Origin: an uncultured Chloroflexia bacterium
Lineage (GTDB): Bacteria > Chloroflexota > Limnocylindria > Limnocylindrales > CSP1-4
Length of the DNA stretch: 64,000 nt
Assembly (NCBI GenBank): GCA_963813535.1
Contig: CAWEZH010000002.1
Location: forward strand, 672,001 to 736,000
Reading direction: 5' to 3'
The notes under the pieces were generated by a model, which worked only from the letters and a program-made list of their open reading frames with translations, was not told where the DNA came from and searched no databases. Shown in pieces: positions 10,524-18,877 of the stretch. How positions within the stretch are numbered: position 1 is the first letter of the stretch; every line of letters starts with the position of its first letter. A program made the position numbers and the translations under genes.

Positions 10524-11306
10524 ATGGACCTCATCGCCCTGATCAGCGATCCGGAGATCTGGGTCGCCCTATTGACGTTGACCGTGCTCGAGATCGTCCT
10601 CGGCATCGACAACGTCATCTTCATCTCCATCCTCATCACGCGCCTTCCGGCAGACCAGCGGGACCGCGCACGGCGGGTCGGCCTCGGCCTCGCGATGGGG
10701 ATGCGCATCGCCCTGCTCCTGGCGATCAGCTGGATCATCGGGCTGACACAACCTGCGGTCACCTTGCTGGGCCACGCCTTCTCGTGGCGCGACCTGATCC
10801 TCATCGGCGGCGGCCTGTTCCTGCTATGGAAGGCCACCACCGAGATCCACGAGTCGCTCGAGGGCGAGGCGGCGCATCACACGGAGGCACCCGCGGCCGG
10901 ACGTTTCGGCGCGGTGATCGCGCAGATCGTCCTGCTCGACATCGTGTTCTCTCTCGACAGCGTCCTGACGGCCGTCGGGCTGGTCGACGACGTCCCGGTG
11001 ATGATCGCCGCGGTCGTCATCGCGGTCGGCGTGATGCTGATCGCGTCCGGACCGCTGTCGCGCTTCGTCCACGAGCACCCGTCGGTCAAGATCCTTGCCC
11101 TGTCGTTCCTGCTATTGATCGGCGTGACGCTCATCGCCGATGGCTTCGGGTTCCACATCGACAAGGCGTACATCTATGCCGCGATGGGTTTCAGCGTCTT
11201 CGTCGAGGCGCTCAACCTGCGTCGCCGGCACAAGGAGGCGGCGGTCGAGCTCCGGCCGACGTTCGTCAAGGAGCAAGCGGAGAGCGAGCCGACGGGAACG
11301 GCCTAG
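10524..11306 (+). CDS. TerC family membrane protein
   Basis: LEIVLGIDN and DIVFSLDSV motifs; about 7 TM segments. Confidence 0.93.
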   Translation: MDLIALISDPEIWVALLTLTVLEIVLGIDNVIFISILITRLPADQRDRARRVGLGLAMGMRIALLLAISWIIGLTQPAVTLLGHAFSWRDLILIGGGLFLLWKATTEIHESLEGEAAHHTEAPAAGRFGAVIAQIVLLDIVFSLDSVLTAVGLVDDVPVMIAAVVIAVGVMLIASGPLSRFVHEHPSVKILALSFLLLIGVTLIADGFGFHIDKAYIYAAMGFSVFVEALNLRRRHKEAAVELRPTFVKEQAESEPTGTA

Positions 11307-12232
11307 CGCCCGGCTGTCTGCGCGACGAGCGCCTCGCCGACCTCCGGAGGGACCCACAGCCGCGCGTGCGCGTCGCCATATGGGCCGAGGTCGCCGTGGT
11401 AGTCGGTGCCTCCGGTCATGACCAGGCCATGCGCGCGTGCCGTCTCGGCCATGACTTCGACGGTCGCCCTGTCGAAGGTCCGGTAGTACACCTCGAGGCC
11501 GCCCAATCCCGCGTCGACCAGCTCGCGGATCACATCCGGCCGGGTGGGCGCCTCGCGGAAATGGGCGAGCACCGGGAGTCCGTCCGCGGCGCGGATCGCC
11601 GCGATGGCGCCTTCGGGGCCAAGACCCTCGCGGCGGACGTACCCGGGCCCGCCGTGCCCGATGATCCGGGAGAAGGCGTCCTCGACGCTCGACGCGAACC
11701 CGGCCGCGATGAGCGCCCGCGCGATGGTCGGCCGGCCGATCGCGTCCTCCTCGGCCGTCGGCAGCGCGGCAACCTGCGCGTCGATCGGCATCCCGATCTC
11801 ACGAAGCAGCGCCACGGTCCTGTCGAACCGGGTCCGGCGGGCCCCGCGTTGGGCAGCCAGGATCGATTCGAACGCCTCGTCGTCGGGGTCCATCCCGAAC
11901 CCGAGGATGTGCAACTCCCACTCCCACAGACCGAGGTCGCGCATGACGAGCGCGTTGATCTCGACGCCCGGGATGAGCTGCACGCCGTCGGGGACGGCGC
12001 CAGCCATGTCGAGGTCGCGATAGCCGGCGAGCGTGTCGTGGTCGGTGAGGGAGAACGTCCGTACGCCCGCGGCGGCGACGTCGCGGATCAGCTCCGCAGG
12101 GGTGAGGACACCGTCCGACCGGGTCGAGTGGGCGTGCAGGTCGACCGTGGATGGCGCTGGTGGCTGGATCGAGCCGTCCGTTGCGGTCGGATCGTGGCGG
12201 CGGGAGCGACGTGGTCGGGGTCCGGCGGCCAT
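11303..12232 (-). CDS. PHP-domain phosphoesterase (TrpH/YciV-like)
   Basis: DLHAHSTRSDG, LTDHDT, GVEIN, TGGTDYHG. Confidence 0.9.
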   Translation of the reverse strand: MAAGPRPRRSRRHDPTATDGSIQPPAPSTVDLHAHSTRSDGVLTPAELIRDVAAAGVRTFSLTDHDTLAGYRDLDMAGAVPDGVQLIPGVEINALVMRDLGLWEWELHILGFGMDPDDEAFESILAAQRGARRTRFDRTVALLREIGMPIDAQVAALPTAEEDAIGRPTIARALIAAGFASSVEDAFSRIIGHGGPGYVRREGLGPEGAIAAIRAADGLPVLAHFREAPTRPDVIRELVDAGLGGLEVYYRTFDRATVEVMAETARAHGLVMTGGTDYHGDLGPYGDAHARLWVPPEVGEALVAQTAGR

Positions 12233-12267
12233 CGGCCGAGCCTAGCAGCGCATGTGGAGCCGAGCCA

Positions 12268-13143
12268 CTACACCTCGACCAGCTGCTGGATGCGCTCCAC
12301 CGCCAGCGCCCGGCCCGTCGCCGGATCGATATCGATCTGGGTGGCGTTGAACACGACCGGCCCCTCCCCCACCTCGAACCTGGTCGGGAGCGCGTTGATG
12401 AACCGCGGCAACACGGTCGATGGCTCGAAGCCGATCACGCTCCATACGGGTCCGGTCATGCCCAGGTCCGTCTGGTAGGCGGTCCCGCCGGGCAGGATCC
12501 GTTCGTCGCCGGTCACCACGTGCGTGTGCGTGCCGACGACTGCGCTGACGCGGCCGTCCAGGTGCAGCCCAAGAGCGTTCTTCTCGGACGTCAGCTCGCA
12601 ATGGAAGTCCACGAGCCGGATGGGCGGCAACGGTTCCGGCGCACTCGCCTCATCGAGCAGCGTATCGGCATCCGTGAACGGGTTGTCGATCGGCTGCATG
12701 TACGTGCGGCCCTGGAGGTTGATCACCGCCAGGTGCGATCCGTCGAGGGCGTCGAATGTGCCCCATCCTCGGCCCGGCACTCCGTGCGTGCCGTAGTTGT
12801 GCGGGCGCAGGACTCGCTCGCTCGACTCGAGATAGGGGTAGATCTCCTTCTTGTCCCAGACGTGGTTGCCGGACGTGATCACGTCCACGCCCGCATCGAG
12901 GAGCGCATCGGCCGTCGACGGCGTCAGACCCATGCCGCCGGCCACGTTCTCCCCGTTCGCAGTGACGAAATCGATGCCACGCTCCTCGCGGAGATCCGGG
13001 AGCACCTGCTCGACCGCCTGTCGCCCGGGCTTGCCGATGAGGTCACCGATCATCAGCACGCGACAGGCACCGGCCGGCCGTGGCGCGTTGCCGTTCGGTG
13101 GGTTGCCCAGCCGAGTGCGTCCGGCCGTCGATGCGGGGTCCAT
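12268..13143 (-). CDS. ymdB: YmdB-like metallophosphoesterase (2',3'-cyclic nucleotide phosphodiesterase)
   Basis: GDLIGKPG, NGENVAGG, TSGNHVWD, DFHCELTSEK, GTHTHV, TDLGMTG; downstream of rny as in Bacillus. Confidence 0.92.
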   Translation of the reverse strand: MDPASTAGRTRLGNPPNGNAPRPAGACRVLMIGDLIGKPGRQAVEQVLPDLREERGIDFVTANGENVAGGMGLTPSTADALLDAGVDVITSGNHVWDKKEIYPYLESSERVLRPHNYGTHGVPGRGWGTFDALDGSHLAVINLQGRTYMQPIDNPFTDADTLLDEASAPEPLPPIRLVDFHCELTSEKNALGLHLDGRVSAVVGTHTHVVTGDERILPGGTAYQTDLGMTGPVWSVIGFEPSTVLPRFINALPTRFEVGEGPVVFNATQIDIDPATGRALAVERIQQLVEV

Positions 13144-13255
13144 GGGCGGTGAGTCTACCGGCGCTTGACGCGGCCCGATACGATGGCTGACCTGGTGCGC
13201 GTACGCACCACCAGGAGATCCCCCGCGCCGGGACAAGGCGCGAAGGTATGGAGCG

Positions 13256-13450
13256 ATGACCGAGCGCATCCCTCATCGCCGGCGTGCGAGCGACCGTGCC
13301 GACGAACGTGCCAACCGAGCCGCCAAGCTCGGCGACCTCGTCGCACTCTGGGTCGCGAGCGGCCAGGCCGAAGCAGCGCGTCGACGTCGGGCCGAATGGC
13401 TCGAGCGTCAGGACCAGCGCGAGACGACGGCGACCCTCAGAGACGCCTGA
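13256..13450 (+). CDS. Small hypothetical protein (64 aa)
   Basis: ATG with ggag just upstream; TACGAT box at 13179-13184; fills the intergenic space. Confidence 0.4.
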   Translation: MTERIPHRRRASDRADERANRAAKLGDLVALWVASGQAEAARRRRAEWLERQDQRETTATLRDA

Positions 13451-13453
13451 CCG

Positions 13454-13648
13454 CTAGGGCCGTCGCTTGACGGTACCCGCGACGGCATCCCGGAGCTCGC
13501 GTTCCGCCACGTCCGGGTCGTCCGTCTGGATCGCCTCGACCACGGCCGTCGCGACGGTCGAGTCCTCGTCCTCGATGTCGAGGTCGACCACGCGATCCGC
13601 ATCGGCGAAGAAGATCTCGATGTGGCGACCGGGTATCGACTGTCTCAT
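13454..13648 (-). CDS. Small acidic hypothetical protein (64 aa)
   Basis: GC3-biased codons; TAGCTT box 7 nt before the ATG. Confidence 0.55.
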   Translation of the reverse strand: MRQSIPGRHIEIFFADADRVVDLDIEDEDSTVATAVVEAIQTDDPDVAERELRDAVAGTVKRRP

Positions 13649-13809
13649 CGACCCGAAGCTACGCTGGCGCGCCTCGCATCGGCGTTTCAGTTGGGCGGTC
13701 GTTCGACGCAGGCGAGGTCATCAGGCGCCGTAGCGCGGCATTTCGTTGCTCCGCCGCACCACTCGAGCCGGCTCGGCGTATGGCAGGCGATGTCTGTGTG
13801 GCGATCGAC

Positions 13810-15339
13810 CTACTTGGCGTACTCGACGGCGCGCGTCTCGCGGATGACCGTGACCTTGATCTGGCCCGGATAGGTCAGCTGCTCTTCGATCTTCTTCACG
13901 ACATCGCGCGCCAGGCGCGTGGCGGTCAGATCGTCGATCTCCTCGGGCCGCACGAGGATGCGTACCTCGCGACCGGCCTGGACGGCGAACGACTTCTCGA
14001 CCCCGATGAAGCTCTCGGCGATCGCCTGCAGGTCCTCGAGCCGCTTGACGTAGGTGTCCATGGTCTCGCCGCGAGCGCCCGGTCGGGACGCGCTGATCGC
14101 ATCGGCGACCTGCACGATCGGTGCCTCCAGGCAGGCGTACTCGACCTCCTGGTGGTGCGCCGCGATCCCGTTGATCACCTTGAACGGCAGGTTGTGACGC
14201 TGGGCGATCTGGGCGCCGATGGCGGCATGCGGACCCTCGACCTCATGGTCGACAGCCTTGCCGATGTCATGGAGCAGACCGCCCATCTTGGCGATCTGGA
14301 CGTCGGCGCCGATCTCGGCTGCGATCACCGCCGCCAGGTGACTCGTCTCGACCACGTGGTTGAGCACGTTCTGTCCGTAGCTGGTGCGGTACTTGAGCCG
14401 CCCGAGGAGCTTGATGATCTCGGCGGGCAAGCCCGGGACCCCAGCTTCGTAGGCGGCCTGTTCGCCGGCCTGGCGGATGACGAGGTCGACCTCGGCGCGG
14501 GCCTTGGCGACGACTTCCTCGATCCGGCCGGGGTGGATGCGTCCGTCGGCGATGAGCTTGGTGATGGCGATACGGGCCACCTCGCGGCGCACGGGATCGA
14601 ACCCGCTCAGCACGACCGTCTCCGGCGTGTCATCGATGATCAGGTCGATGCCGGTCGCCTGTTCGAGCGCGCGGATGTTGCGACCTTCACGACCGATGAT
14701 CCGGCCCTTCATCTCGTCCGATGGCAGGTGGACGACGCTGACCGTGTGCTCGGCGGTGTGGTCGGCGGCCACGCGCTGCATCGCGGTCAGGACGATGTCG
14801 CGGGCCTTGTCCTGGGCCTCCTCGCGCGCACTGCGCTCGATCGCCCGGGACAGCTTCACGGCGTCGTGTTCGGCTTCGACCCGGACGGCTTCGAGCAGCA
14901 TGGCCTTGGCATCCTCTGCGCTCAGGCTCGAGACCCGCTCGAGCGCGGCCACCTGCTCCTGCGTCGCCCTGGCGAGGTCGTCCTTGGCCTTGTCGAGCTC
15001 TCGCTCGCGGTCGAGCAGCTTCCTGTCGCGTTGCTCGAGCATCTCCGTCCGCTGATCGAGCTGTTCGTCACGCTGGATCAGGCGCCGTTCCTGGGCCGCG
15101 AGCTCGTTGCGACGGGTCCGTGCCTCTTCCTCGGCTTCCCGGCCAAGGCGGAGCTTCTCGTCCTTCGCCTCGAGGATCAGTTCCTTCTGGCGGGCGCGGG
15201 CCTCGGCTTCGATGCGGCGGGCTTCTGCCTGCGCGGCCTTCATGCCCTGCGAAGCCCACATCGTCCGGCCCAGGGCGCCGAGCAGCACCCCGCCGACGGC
15301 AGCCAGAAGCGCCACCGCCACCACGATCGGTGTTTCCAT
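13810..15339 (-). CDS. rny: Ribonuclease Y
   Basis: N-terminal TM plus coiled coil, KH motif [16 protein letters not shown] motif [19 protein letters not shown]; RBS ggagg. Confidence 0.97.
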   Translation of the reverse strand: METPIVVAVALLAAVGGVLLGALGRTMWASQGMKAAQAEARRIEAEARARQKELILEAKDEKLRLGREAEEEARTRRNELAAQERRLIQRDEQLDQRTEMLEQRDRKLLDRERELDKAKDDLARATQEQVAALERVSSLSAEDAKAMLLEAVRVEAEHDAVKLSRAIERSAREEAQDKARDIVLTAMQRVAADHTAEHTVSVVHLPSDEMKGRIIGREGRNIRALEQATGIDLIIDDTPETVVLSGFDPVRREVARIAITKLIADGRIHPGRIEEVVAKARAEVDLVIRQAGEQAAYEAGVPGLPAEIIKLLGRLKYRTSYGQNVLNHVVETSHLAAVIAAEIGADVQIAKMGGLLHDIGKAVDHEVEGPHAAIGAQIAQRHNLPFKVINGIAAHHQEVEYACLEAPIVQVADAISASRPGARGETMDTYVKRLEDLQAIAESFIGVEKSFAVQAGREVRILVRPEEIDDLTATRLARDVVKKIEEQLTYPGQIKVTVIRETRAVEYAK

Positions 15340-15550
15340 CGGTTTCCTCCCATCCGGACCGGATCATGCGGCCGGACGCGTTACGTAGACGAGGGCACGA
15401 TCGCGAAGATCGAGGAGGAAGCAGCCACCGCATCAGCGGTACCTGGTGCGGACCGTCGCTGCGACGGTCCGGGCCCCCTCGTTGGGCCGCGATCGGGCCG
15501 ATCCTTCGTTCGGAACGCCGTTAACAGGCGGCGCCTGGAACGTTGCTTGT

Positions 15551-15579
15551 AGCGTAGGCCCGGGGCAGGAACGGGTCAA
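15551..15579 (-). promoter_or_regulatory. Sigma70-type promoter of rny
   Basis: TTGACC-N17-TACGCT on the minus strand, about 205 nt upstream of the rny ATG. Confidence 0.7.
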
Positions 15580-15597
15580 CCGACCGCCTCGGCGACC

Positions 15598-15673
15598 GAC
15601 ATAGAACGACGGCGCCTTGGGGGGAAAGACGCCGTCGTTCTGGGCAGGCTTCGGTGTCGTGTCGCCATGCCGG
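15598..15673 (-). ncRNA. Candidate ~70-nt sRNA ending in a six-C-loop hairpin
   Basis: Lies between a duplicated promoter cassette (-10 GACACT at 15679-15684) and hairpin AGAACGACGGCGUC-UUUCCCCCCAA-GGCGCCGUCGUUCU (15603-15641); no credible ORF. Confidence 0.45.
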
Positions 15674-15678
15674 CCGTG

Positions 15679-15801
15679 AGTGTCGCGCCATGGGTGGCAG
15701 GCGGCGAGCCTGACCATGGTCCCGCCTAAAGTCGGTCGAGGGCGGTCCCATGCGGCCCGGTGCGGTGTCGCCGGTCACCGACGCCCCTCCGACAGTACGG
15801 G
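15679..15801 (-). promoter_or_regulatory. Promoter cassette copy B with DosR/NarL-like boxes
   Basis: Blocks CCCGTA, CGGTGACC-nnn-GACACCGCACCGG, CGGGACCATGGTCAGG and a -10-like GACACT; same spacing as 16731-16851. Confidence 0.6.
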
Positions 15802-15820
15802 CAACGCACGGCGGGTATGC

Positions 15821-15853
15821 GACGACGGCGTCGTGGGGGGCGACGCCGTCGTC
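15821..15853 (-). terminator. 13-bp perfect hairpin with CCCCCCA loop after the secreted-protein gene
   Basis: GACGACGGCGTCG-CCCCCCA-CGACGCCGTCGTC, starting 16 nt after the stop codon. Confidence 0.7.
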
Positions 15854-15869
15854 TGGATGCCGGGTAGGG

Positions 15870-16664
15870 TCAGTGGTTCTTCGAGTTGCCCTTGCCGTGC
15901 TCCTTGGCGAGCTTCGCGGCATCGCGTGCGGCCTTGGCGGCCTCGCGAGCGGCCTTCTTCTCGGCCTTGGCGGCAACTCGTTCGGCCCTGGCGGCCTCGC
16001 GTGCGGCCCTCGCAGCCTCGTGGTCCTTCTTGGCAGCTTCGCTGACGGCACCGCCGTGGTTGCAGTTCTTGCCGCCGATCGCACCAGACTGCGCGACCGT
16101 CGAGACCCACTTGCCGTGGCCGTTCTTCTGCTCGTCGATCGCGGGATCGCGCTCGGGCGGGGCGACCTCGACACACTCGGTCGTGGGGTCGTCTGCGGCC
16201 GCCTCGTCGGCAGCCTCTTGCGCGCTGTCCTCGGCGCAGACTTCGGTCGTCACCCGTACGGCGTCGAGGGCCGGCTCGGTCACCGGCCCGGTCACGGGCT
16301 CCTGCGGGGTGGCGTCGTGGCACGAGCCGTGCGCGACCCAGCTTACGTAGCCGCCGTGGTTGCAGTTCTTTCCACCGATGCGATCGCTGTGCGCCGCCTC
16401 GGAGACCGAGATCGTCCCGTCACCGTCGCGATCGACGGCGGCCTCGGCCGAGGCTTCCGCCTCCGGGTCAGCTTCCGCTGCCACGGTCGCAGGATCCTCG
16501 CAGGAATCGTCGATATCGTTGCCGTTCGTGTCGACGAACGCCGCGACCATGCCGGTCGGGGGAGCCTGGGCAAGCCTGGTCTGCGCAGCCGCGAAGGCGA
16601 CGAGGACCAGCAGGAGCCCCAACCAGATGACGGTCACCCAAGTCGGTCGAATGGATCTATGCAC
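15870..16664 (-). CDS. Secreted hypothetical protein with EF-hand-like DxDxDG loops and a duplicated GGKNCNHGG motif
   Basis: Hydrophobic N-terminal signal, DTNGNDIDD, DRDGDGTIS, two IGGKNCNHGGxVS, Lys/Ala-rich C-terminus; aagga upstream of GTG. Confidence 0.8.
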   Translation of the reverse strand: MHRSIRPTWVTVIWLGLLLVLVAFAAAQTRLAQAPPTGMVAAFVDTNGNDIDDSCEDPATVAAEADPEAEASAEAAVDRDGDGTISVSEAAHSDRIGGKNCNHGGYVSWVAHGSCHDATPQEPVTGPVTEPALDAVRVTTEVCAEDSAQEAADEAAADDPTTECVEVAPPERDPAIDEQKNGHGKWVSTVAQSGAIGGKNCNHGGAVSEAAKKDHEAARAAREAARAERVAAKAEKKAAREAAKAARDAAKLAKEHGKGNSKNH

Positions 16665-16730
16665 CGCGTCCTGTTTCCTTCCCCGGAGTCAGGGCGTCAA
16701 CGGCGATCGCCGGGATCAGCACCGGCGCCG

Positions 16731-16851
16731 AGTATCTCGGCATGAGGCCCGGCCAACGACCCTGACCATGGTCCCGGCCGTCGTGGGTCGCGAGGGGTCT
16801 GGGCGCATCCGGTGCGGTGTCCGTGGTCACCGTACCAGCCGTGGTTACGGG
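16731..16851 (-). promoter_or_regulatory. Promoter cassette copy A with DosR/NarL-like boxes
   Basis: Same blocks as 15679-15801, with -10-like GATACT 66 nt upstream of the secreted-protein start. Confidence 0.6.
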
Positions 16852-16859
16852 TGGCCACC

Positions 16860-17414
16860 TCATCCATCCGCATCCGCGTCCGCGTCGAGCGTGACGCGGG
16901 CGGCCAGCTCCCGGCACGTCTCGGGGTCGAAGCCGTTGCGGGCCAACAGCGCATAGGCGCGCTCGCGTCGACGTCGTGGATCGGCGACCCGGTCGAGTGT
17001 CCGGGCGTGCTTATCCAGGAGTCGTTCGCCGGCGGCGCGATCCGGGGCGGCATCCGACGCCTCCGCCGATCGCCGCGCGCCGAGAACGAGGTCGACGACG
17101 GCGCGATCGATCCCCTTCAGCCGCAACTCGTTCTGCAGTGCGCGCTCACCTCGCGGCCTCGCCCGGTCCCGGGACTCGACCCAGGCGCGCGCGAACGTCT
17201 CGTCGTCGAGCATTCCAAGGTCGGTCATCCGGGCGATCGCACCGTCCACTAGCTCGGTTCGATAGCCCGCCGACGTCAGCCGCCGGCGCACCTCCGCCAC
17301 GGACCGCGACCGAGCCTCGAGAAACCGCGCCGCCGCCTCGAGCACGACCTGCGGATCCTCGACCGCACCGCGCCGCTCCCGCCCCTCCGCGTAACTCTCC
17401 CGCCTGCGGGCCAC
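16860..17414 (-). CDS. recX: Regulatory protein RecX
   Basis: RSVAEVRRRL, LDDETFARAWV, LQNELRLKGI, LARNGF; directly downstream of recA. Confidence 0.9.
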   Translation of the reverse strand: MARRRESYAEGRERRGAVEDPQVVLEAAARFLEARSRSVAEVRRRLTSAGYRTELVDGAIARMTDLGMLDDETFARAWVESRDRARPRGERALQNELRLKGIDRAVVDLVLGARRSAEASDAAPDRAAGERLLDKHARTLDRVADPRRRRERAYALLARNGFDPETCRELAARVTLDADADADG

Positions 17415-17541
17415 GGCTCTAGGTCGGCGTTCAGGTGGTCCGGATGCAAGGCCGCCACGAGCACCGGCGCGAGCGCACTCTGTTGTGCGTGAGCGCCGGC
17501 GCGCAGTGGCGAACGCCGCAGACGGGCCGCATGACGCCGAC

Positions 17542-18597
17542 CTATTCCGCTTCTTCGATGCCTTCGACGGGGATGGGCGTCTCCGTGATCTTCCCGCGAA
17601 TGCGCGACTCGATCTCGGCGGCGATTTCCGGGCTGGTCTTGAGGAAGTCCTTGGAGGCCTCACGACCCTGGCCCAGCCGCGTCTCGCCGAAGTTGAACCA
17701 GGCGCCCGTCTTCGTGACGACGTCCATGGCGACACCGACGTCGAGCAGGCCGCCTTCCTTGGAGATCCCCTCGCCATACATGATGTCGAACTCGGCGACC
17801 CGGAACGGCGCTGCGACCTTGTTCTTGACGACCTTCACCCGAGCGCGGTTGCCGACCGACTCGGTGCCGGTCTTGATCGTTTCGACGCGGCGGATGTCGA
17901 GCCGGACCGAGGCGTAGAACTTCAGCGCGCGGCCGCCCGGTGTCGTCTCCGGGTTGCCGAACATGACGCCGATCTTCTCGCGCAACTGGTTCGTGAAGAC
18001 GAGGGCCGTGTTCGAGCGCGAGACCGCGCCGGTCAACTTGCGCAACGCCTGGCTCATCAGCCGGGCCTGGATGCCGACGAACGAATCGCCCATCTCGCCT
18101 TCGATCTCGGCCCGTGGCACGAGCGCCGCGACCGAGTCGACCACGACGCAATCGATCCCGCCGGAGCGAATCAGCGTCTCCGTGATCTCGAGGGCCTGTT
18201 CACCGGTGTCCGGCTGCGAGACGAGTAGCTCATCGACGTTGACGCCGCAGGCGCGAGCGTAGGCAGGATCGAGCGCGTGCTCGACGTCGATGAAGGCGAC
18301 GACTCCGCCACGCGCCTGGGCCTCGGCCAGGACGTGCTGGCAGACGGTCGTCTTGCCCGACGACTCCGGACCGAAGATCTCGGTGATCCGGCCGCGCGGG
18401 ATGCCGCCGACGCCGAGGGCCAGGTCCAGCGCGATCGACCCGGTCGGGATCGAATCGACCGCCTGCCGCTCGGCCGACCCGAGCTTCATGATCGCGCCAC
18501 GACCGAATTGCTTCTCGATCGCCGATAGCGCCGCGTCGACCGCCTTGCCGCGCTCCGCGACCGCCCGTTCCGCCGCGCGCTCGTCCGTCATCGCCAT
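17542..18597 (-). CDS. recA: Recombinase RecA
   Basis: [37 protein letters not shown]. Confidence 0.99.
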   Translation of the reverse strand: MAMTDERAAERAVAERGKAVDAALSAIEKQFGRGAIMKLGSAERQAVDSIPTGSIALDLALGVGGIPRGRITEIFGPESSGKTTVCQHVLAEAQARGGVVAFIDVEHALDPAYARACGVNVDELLVSQPDTGEQALEITETLIRSGGIDCVVVDSVAALVPRAEIEGEMGDSFVGIQARLMSQALRKLTGAVSRSNTALVFTNQLREKIGVMFGNPETTPGGRALKFYASVRLDIRRVETIKTGTESVGNRARVKVVKNKVAAPFRVAEFDIMYGEGISKEGGLLDVGVAMDVVTKTGAWFNFGETRLGQGREASKDFLKTSPEIAAEIESRIRGKITETPIPVEGIEEAE

Positions 18598-18670
18598 CCG
18601 TTCGTCACGCTCCTCATCGATCGGTCCGATCCGTCAGCGGAGCCTTCCACGGTGGCGTCCGTCCGGCCGG

Positions 18671-18835
18671 TCAGGCCTCGTCCGTGTCGTCCTCGACGAC
18701 TGGCTTCTCCTTGCGCGGCTTGCGGATGACCTCCACGTTCTGCGGCGGTTCCGACAGCGGCGTCAGGCTCGGCTGGGCGAGCTTGGTCTTCGGCTTCTTC
18801 TTTTGTTCTTTGCGCGGTCGATCCCGAGAGCCCAT
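18671..18835 (-). CDS. Small charged protein (54 aa), not in the ORF track
   Basis: MGSRDRPRKEQKKKPKTKLAQPSLTPLSEPPQNVEVIRKPRKEKPVVEDDTDEA; GGAGG RBS, TG-n-TACCTT box, strong GC3 bias. Confidence 0.75.
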   Translation of the reverse strand: MGSRDRPRKEQKKKPKTKLAQPSLTPLSEPPQNVEVIRKPRKEKPVVEDDTDEA

Positions 18836-18877
18836 CGCGTCGCCTCCGCGTCGTCATGCAAGGTATCAATGGATCCT

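Noticed and set aside
13670-13750. CUGAUGA and GAAA motifs on the minus strand suggesting a hammerhead ribozyme
   Set aside because: Stem II cannot close next to the core and there is no room for stems I and III around a UH site
15405-15445. GGAAGCAGC on the plus strand resembling SRP RNA domain IV
   Set aside because: The required upstream CAGGUCC-GNRA element and the long flanking helix are absent
15709-15760. CAUGGUCCC similarity to the HDV ribozyme in both repeat copies
   Set aside because: No P1/P2/P3 pseudoknot can be built; fixed spacing to a -10 box fits DNA binding sites better
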